Shown here piece by piece: positions 59,006 through 64,000 of a stretch of DNA of 64,000 nucleotides; within the stretch, counting starts at the first letter, position 1, and each line of letters opens with the position of its first letter. This DNA is from Piedraia hortae CBS 480.64 (taxonomy: Eukaryota). Location of the stretch: contig MU005979.1 in assembly GCA_010093745.1 (NCBI GenBank), positions 1-64,000 of the forward strand, written 5' to 3'. Under the pieces are notes generated by a model. It made no database searches and had not been told where the DNA came from. It saw only the letters and a list, made by a program, of their open reading frames with translations. A program made the position numbers and the translations under genes.

Positions 59006-60913
59006 ATGGCCTCCAGCTACGCTGACCAATTGCCAACTGTGCACGAAGAAGGGTCGTTTAACGAAGGATCCTGTGACAACAAGTCAAAAGATGGCCTAGG
59101 AGACCGCTGCCCAACGGAATCGTCGACAAAGAGCTTGGAGCCGCCGCGCCATCACGAACTGCCCGAACCTCGCCGTCGTGCGCGATGGTCAGTCCTCAGC
59201 CGGGCATCGTATGGCCTTGGGCTCGAGCAAGACTTTATGGAATATCTTAGTCGACACCCTACGGCTCTGCAGCGAATACAGGAGCAGCAGCAACAGCACG
59301 AAAACACGGTTGGTGGCCATGGATTCTCCCAAATGCCCAACGAAAAAGACCTTCCTCCCTTTGGGGGAGGCAAGCCTTATCCGCCTATGCTCCCCGCAAG
59401 GGAGGAGTATGTGGTGGAGTTCAACGGACATGATGATCCCGCACACGCTCAAAACTGGCCCACACAGCAAAAGCTCGTCATATCCGCAATTCTTATCCTT
59501 GATGCATTGTCGGCGACTTTCGCCTCAGCTATATTCGGTGCATCATTGCACCAGGTGACATCAAGCTTTCACGTCAGCAAAGGCCTCTTTATCATGAGCA
59601 CTTCTCTGTTTATCCTGGGCTATGCTTGTGGTCCCGTTGTTTTTGCGCCAATGTCTGAACTGTATGGCAGACGTGTCGCCATCATTTCGGGCGCATTCGG
59701 GTTCGCAATCTTCAACTTGATTGTGGCATTGAGCCAGGATATACCTGCAATGATGGTCGCTCGTTTTTTAGGAGGATTTTTTGGCTCATCGCCTCTGACT
59801 ATAGTCGGGGCCGTTTTTGCCGACATGTACTCAAATCAAGCTCGCGGTGTAGCAGTGGCTGCCTTTTCTGCTGCTGTCATCAGCGGTCCTTTTCTCGGGC
59901 CTCTTGCGGGCGACTTTATCGTCACTTCGACAAGTTGGCGTTGGACCGCATACATTCCATCTTTGATGGGACTCACGTCAGGCATTCTCGCCTGTATTTA
60001 TCAGAGAGAATCCTATGGACCCGTTATTCTGGTGCAAAAAGCGGCCGAGCTTCGTCGCCTGACTCATAACTGGGGGATTCATGCAAAACAAGAAGAAGTT
60101 GAGATCTCATTCAAAGAGCTGATTAGCAAGAACTTTTCTCGCCCTTTGCGCATTTTGTTTACAGAACCCATCGCCCTCCTGGTCACGATTTACATGTCCT
60201 TCATTTACGCCCTTATGTTTTTGAACTTGGTTGCATATTCTTACGTCTTTGGAAAAACATATCACTGGGAGCTAAGATATCAAGGGCTGCCTTCTTTGGC
60301 ACTGGTTTTTGGTTTAAGTCTTGGTCTCCTGGTAACATGTCTCTCTAACCGAGGATATGTAATCAAATTGCACATGAACGAAAACATTCCCGTTCCGGAG
60401 TGGAGATTACCTCAGGCGATTGCCGGCGGAATCTCCTTTGCCATTGGTCTATTCTGGTACGTTTTGTCCGTCACAAGATGGTCAAGAAGTTGCTAACAAT
60501 GGGACCAGGCTCGGATGGTCAACCAACCCTGCGATTCACTGGAGTATTCCCGCCCTCGCCGGAGTGCCCCTTGGATTTGGTATCTTTTCTGTTTTCCTTC
60601 AATTTATGAATTATCTCATCGACTCGTACCTCATGTTTGCCGCCTCTGCAATCGCGGCAAACACAATCATGCGATCGGTTCTGGGAGCGGTAAGTCCTGG
60701 CGACCACAGACTGGGGAAGCCATTGCTGATGACAAAATCAAGATTTTCCCAATGCTGGCACGCTACTTGTTCAACACTCTTGGGATAACATGGGGTTTAA
60801 CAGTCCTCGGCATGGTGGCTACGATTTTCATTCCAATTCCACTATTATTTTTGAAGTTTGGCGCTCGTATCAGGAAGAGAAGCAAGATTGCTCCTGCAAA
60901 GGATGTGAAATGA
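59006..60913 (+). CDS. MFS multidrug/polyamine transporter (DHA1), about 600 aa; introns 60457-60508 and 60690-60742
   Basis: VVEFNGHDDPAHAQNW, APMSELYGRR, SWRW, RPLRILFTEPI, PEWRL, NYLIDSYLMFAASAIAAN. The second intron uses an AAG acceptor. Confidence 0.93.
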
Positions 60914-61581
60914 TGATTACGATCTTGAGTGTTCATAGTTTTGTGCACAGAATAGCATTTGACTTCAGCGTTCGAGCACAGAAACTTTGTTGCCTGATTT
61001 CGGACCACTCGGCTTTGTCTGATGGTGGCCTTTTTTGGCGGATTCGGGCATAGGCAATGTTTAGCGAGGTAAGATGGATTTCTTTTACTGTATCCCCAAC
61101 GATACCGGCTAGACATCACAGCTTCAGGCTAGTGACCTTTGAAGTCCTTGAGAAACTCCATTTGACAAGTCTTTGTTGCCAAAGAGAAATTAACTATGAG
61201 GGATAACGGTAAGGTCAAAGGCCTCATCGACGCTCTCTTTGTATCTACCGAATGCGGAACAGCGCATAGATTATGTGTATAATGTACAGGGTAGACAGTT
61301 GAAGAACATTGCAGAAATGGAATCGCTTTGCCAAGACCTTTTTGGCTTGCCGTTGTTGTTTGCAATTACGAGGGCATCACCAAAAACGATGCGCCACGAC
61401 AGAAGATAAGTGAAGGAACTATGAGTTCCGTATTAGACGGCGAATGGTGGAACCGAGTCACAGATGGTGCAAAGATGCAGCTGCGACGGGTATGCCGGTA
61501 GGTTGTCCGCCGAACTGGAGATCCGAGTGATGAAGAGAGAATTTTTGGGTGTCATTTCGACAACGATGCTGCATTACTCGA

Positions 61582-62307
61582 TTAAAGCATCACATTTCCT
61601 CTTAATGATGTCTCCATGAGGAGTTTGTCGTATTGTGCATGTAGCCACTGCAACGTGGAATTCAATGGCGGCGCTTTGCCCGAAAGGCCGTTATAGAAGA
61701 CGCTCTTGAGCGAAAACTTGGCCACGCCGGCGCGCTCGTCCACCTCGGCCACCATCTCAAACAGTCCATCACTTTCACGCACGGGAGCATCGTTCCGTGG
61801 ACTGTCCCCACAACGCATGATTACGGACTCTGGTGTTTTCGACACAACCTGGAAATGGTCCGTTACGATCGTTCCGATCTCATATCGGTCAGCTTTGAGC
61901 GCACTCCGATCCCAGAGCATCTGCGCTGTAGAGGGACCACGATACTTCTTTTCCAGAAACCTCCTTTGATAAGCATAACCTAATTTGATTAGCCTTGATG
62001 CAGTCTTTACGCCGGTTTTCAACCTACCAACACCGCCCCAAATCCCGGCGCAAAACGCCTCCACCAAGCGACCCTCCTGCGACAGCAGCTCCGGCTTAAT
62101 TTTGTTCAGGGGCACTGTGCGCACACACACATCTTGCGATACGGGCGATTCATTGGGATTGGAGCGTGCATACAGCGTGTTTTGGAAGATATAATCCGTG
62201 GGCGGGATGGGCTTGATGGTGCAGTGGCGCGTAGCCCAGAAAAAGGACCCTGTCGTCGCCGCAGTACCCCAGCCGACTACATTCAATGCAACACGGCTCA
62301 GACCCAT
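61582..62307 (-). CDS. Conserved-looking hypothetical protein, about 225 aa; probable in-frame intron 61980-62027
   Basis: ORF with LVEAFCAGIWGG, TDHFQVV, RCGDSPR, DGLFE, LKSVFY; GTAGGT..GCTAAT..TAG intron signals. Confidence 0.75.
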   Translation of the reverse strand: MGLSRVALNVVGWGTAATTGSFFWATRHCTIKPIPPTDYIFQNTLYARSNPNESPVSQDVCVRTVPLNKIKPELLSQEGRLVEAFCAGIWGGVGRLKTGVKTASRLIKLGYAYQRRFLEKKYRGPSTAQMLWDRSALKADRYEIGTIVTDHFQVVSKTPESVIMRCGDSPRNDAPVRESDGLFEMVAEVDERAGVAKFSLKSVFYNGLSGKAPPLNSTLQWLHAQYDKLLMETSLRGNVML

Positions 62308-62439
62308 CTTGTATGCTATCTGCTGTATGCGTATACTCCGAGGTGAGGTCGCGCGCACGTGATCGCGCCTCGAAGATTACCCGATGTGGAAGAAAAAGGA
62401 ACTTAATTAAACCCGTAGATAGCTCGAGTTGAATTCCTG

Positions 62440-63507
62440 ATGCATACAGTCCCTCCACCTCATCCACGCGACCTATTGCCTCCTCTCTTGGCTTGTTTGC
62501 CAACCGCTTTTGCCTCACCTCGGCCGCCGCCGGCCCTTTTTCCTCTGTTATCCCCTGTTTTACGACAGCGTCTAAAATACTTGGGCGACGGTGCCCCTGA
62601 AGATGGTGGGTGGTTGACCCTTTTATCATGGAACCAAAATCAGGCCGAGCAGCTTCCGATCGCGGTCAAGCAAATGCAGATCGAACCCCATCCGGTTTCT
62701 GGAGAGGTTGAACTGAACGATGTTCAACCAGCCCAGTATCGGTATCTGGACAAGGAAACTCTACAGGCCCGCATCCAAATTGACCAGTTTAACTTGCAGT
62801 CTATATGGGTCTGGTGTGAGAATGATGTTCACGGGGAGACAGGCCCTGGGTGGAAGCTGGCCGAGCTGGGGGTTCTGAGCGAGTCCAAAGCAGATTTGGA
62901 ATGGTTTGACTCACCATCTAAAGCTGAAACCGCGCTTCTAGATCAGGGTAAGAATGGAGACGACAGTGCAGAGGACGATTATTGGGCTTCCTACGACCGT
63001 TCTACGGCTGATACGCCGGCCAAAAAGCCTTCGCCTAACATTCAGACAGGAGCCAAGATCCATCCGCAATCTGAACTAGAATATTTTGCTCGCTACGAAA
63101 ACGTACAGCCAGCGCTTGATGCCCATGATCCAGATGAAGAACGTGTGGATATCGGCCAAAGTACTCTGAGAGGTGACTTGCTCTCACAGCTTAAGGCCCA
63201 GCGCACCCAAGCAGACAAGTCTGTAAATATAGGCGTAGACAGAGAATCGGGAATCTCTGAGCCGGGGCCTGACATAAATTCGCCATGGAAATATGCGGCG
63301 GCGCTAGAAGCATTAGAGAGACAGGCTCAAGTGATGGACGATCATGATCGCACACATGGAATTGTGAAACGACACATCCAAGCACAGTTGCAGAGTATGC
63401 TGGCTCTGTCAAGAGACCTTGGATTGAACTGGGACGACTTTAGCGGGATCGTTCGTTCTGAGCTGGACGATATGGGAAAACTCGCAACAGATAAAAAGGC
63501 TACCTGA
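62440..63507 (+). CDS. Hypothetical protein, 355 aa
   Basis: Intact ORF (LLPPLLACLPTAFASPRPPPALFPLLSPVLRQR, EPHPVSG, DDYWASYD, EYFARYENVQPALD); divergent from the previous gene by 132 bp. Confidence 0.8.
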   Translation: MHTVPPPHPRDLLPPLLACLPTAFASPRPPPALFPLLSPVLRQRLKYLGDGAPEDGGWLTLLSWNQNQAEQLPIAVKQMQIEPHPVSGEVELNDVQPAQYRYLDKETLQARIQIDQFNLQSIWVWCENDVHGETGPGWKLAELGVLSESKADLEWFDSPSKAETALLDQGKNGDDSAEDDYWASYDRSTADTPAKKPSPNIQTGAKIHPQSELEYFARYENVQPALDAHDPDEERVDIGQSTLRGDLLSQLKAQRTQADKSVNIGVDRESGISEPGPDINSPWKYAAALEALERQAQVMDDHDRTHGIVKRHIQAQLQSMLALSRDLGLNWDDFSGIVRSELDDMGKLATDKKAT

Positions 63508-64000
63508 CCATCTGAAACAATACACGCCGAAAAATGTCACAGAGGCAGACAGCCTCGCTGATGCGCCAAGGCAGCATTTCAGAGTTGTAATTCTCGGACT
63601 TTGAATGGAGAATGGTGCTCACGCACTTGTGCAAGACCTAGAGCGCAGTTAGGGCTTTTGCACGGTACGTAAGACAGCAATCAGGCAAAAGCAAAAGGTG
63701 AAGGTGACTCCAGCAATCACTTCGCATCCGGATCTTGTTCCTATCAACCCCGCATTGCGCAACCCTGCGCGAACCCCGCATTGGCATCAACTCCTTCCAT
63801 ATAAAGGTTTGCGTCACCAGCATTTCGATAAATGTATGAGAACCAATTCTGGCATTATGCTACAAGTAAGCTGGAGCTATAGTGAAAACATGTACGCAAA
63901 AGTGATTCAAGATGCGCAGGCATTGCAGCGCACCTCCAAGGTATGCCTTTTGATAAGCTGGTATATCTTATCTGCTCGGCAATATGTCGTCCCTGCAGAT

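Overview
Gene-dense eukaryotic DNA from a filamentous ascomycete (Pezizomycotina; a Dothideomycete-like assignment is only my inference). I resolved 27 protein-coding genes by splicing by hand. They include PAB1, KGD1, TFIP11/NTR1, a laccase-type multicopper oxidase, BLM10, PSF3, RPL8, DSC2, CDC24, an FWD-1/beta-TrCP-like F-box gene directly followed by CDC4, MDP-1, TFB1, a GNAT, a peroxisomal class I peroxidase, FBP1, two DHA1 MFS transporters, RIB3, an EngB-type GTPase, FMC1, ERG27, a four-finger C2H2 factor and several hypotheticals. Introns are very short (20 of 23 coding-region introns are 45-53 nt). The one clear accessory segment (about 22.5-26.4 kb) holds an internally deleted, stop-mutated LINE (Tad-like) retrotransposon plus decayed sequence. 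I saw no tRNA, rRNA or CRISPR. I cannot claim a new multi-gene system. The best leads are: a structured, outsized intron in RPL8; a laccase with Gln at the type-1 copper axial position and no obvious signal peptide; a poly(A)-rich, apparently multiply spliced PAB1 leader; a microhomology-fused gag/RT LINE derivative; and the adjacency of two WD40 SCF receptors. All identifications come from motif recognition, with no database searches.
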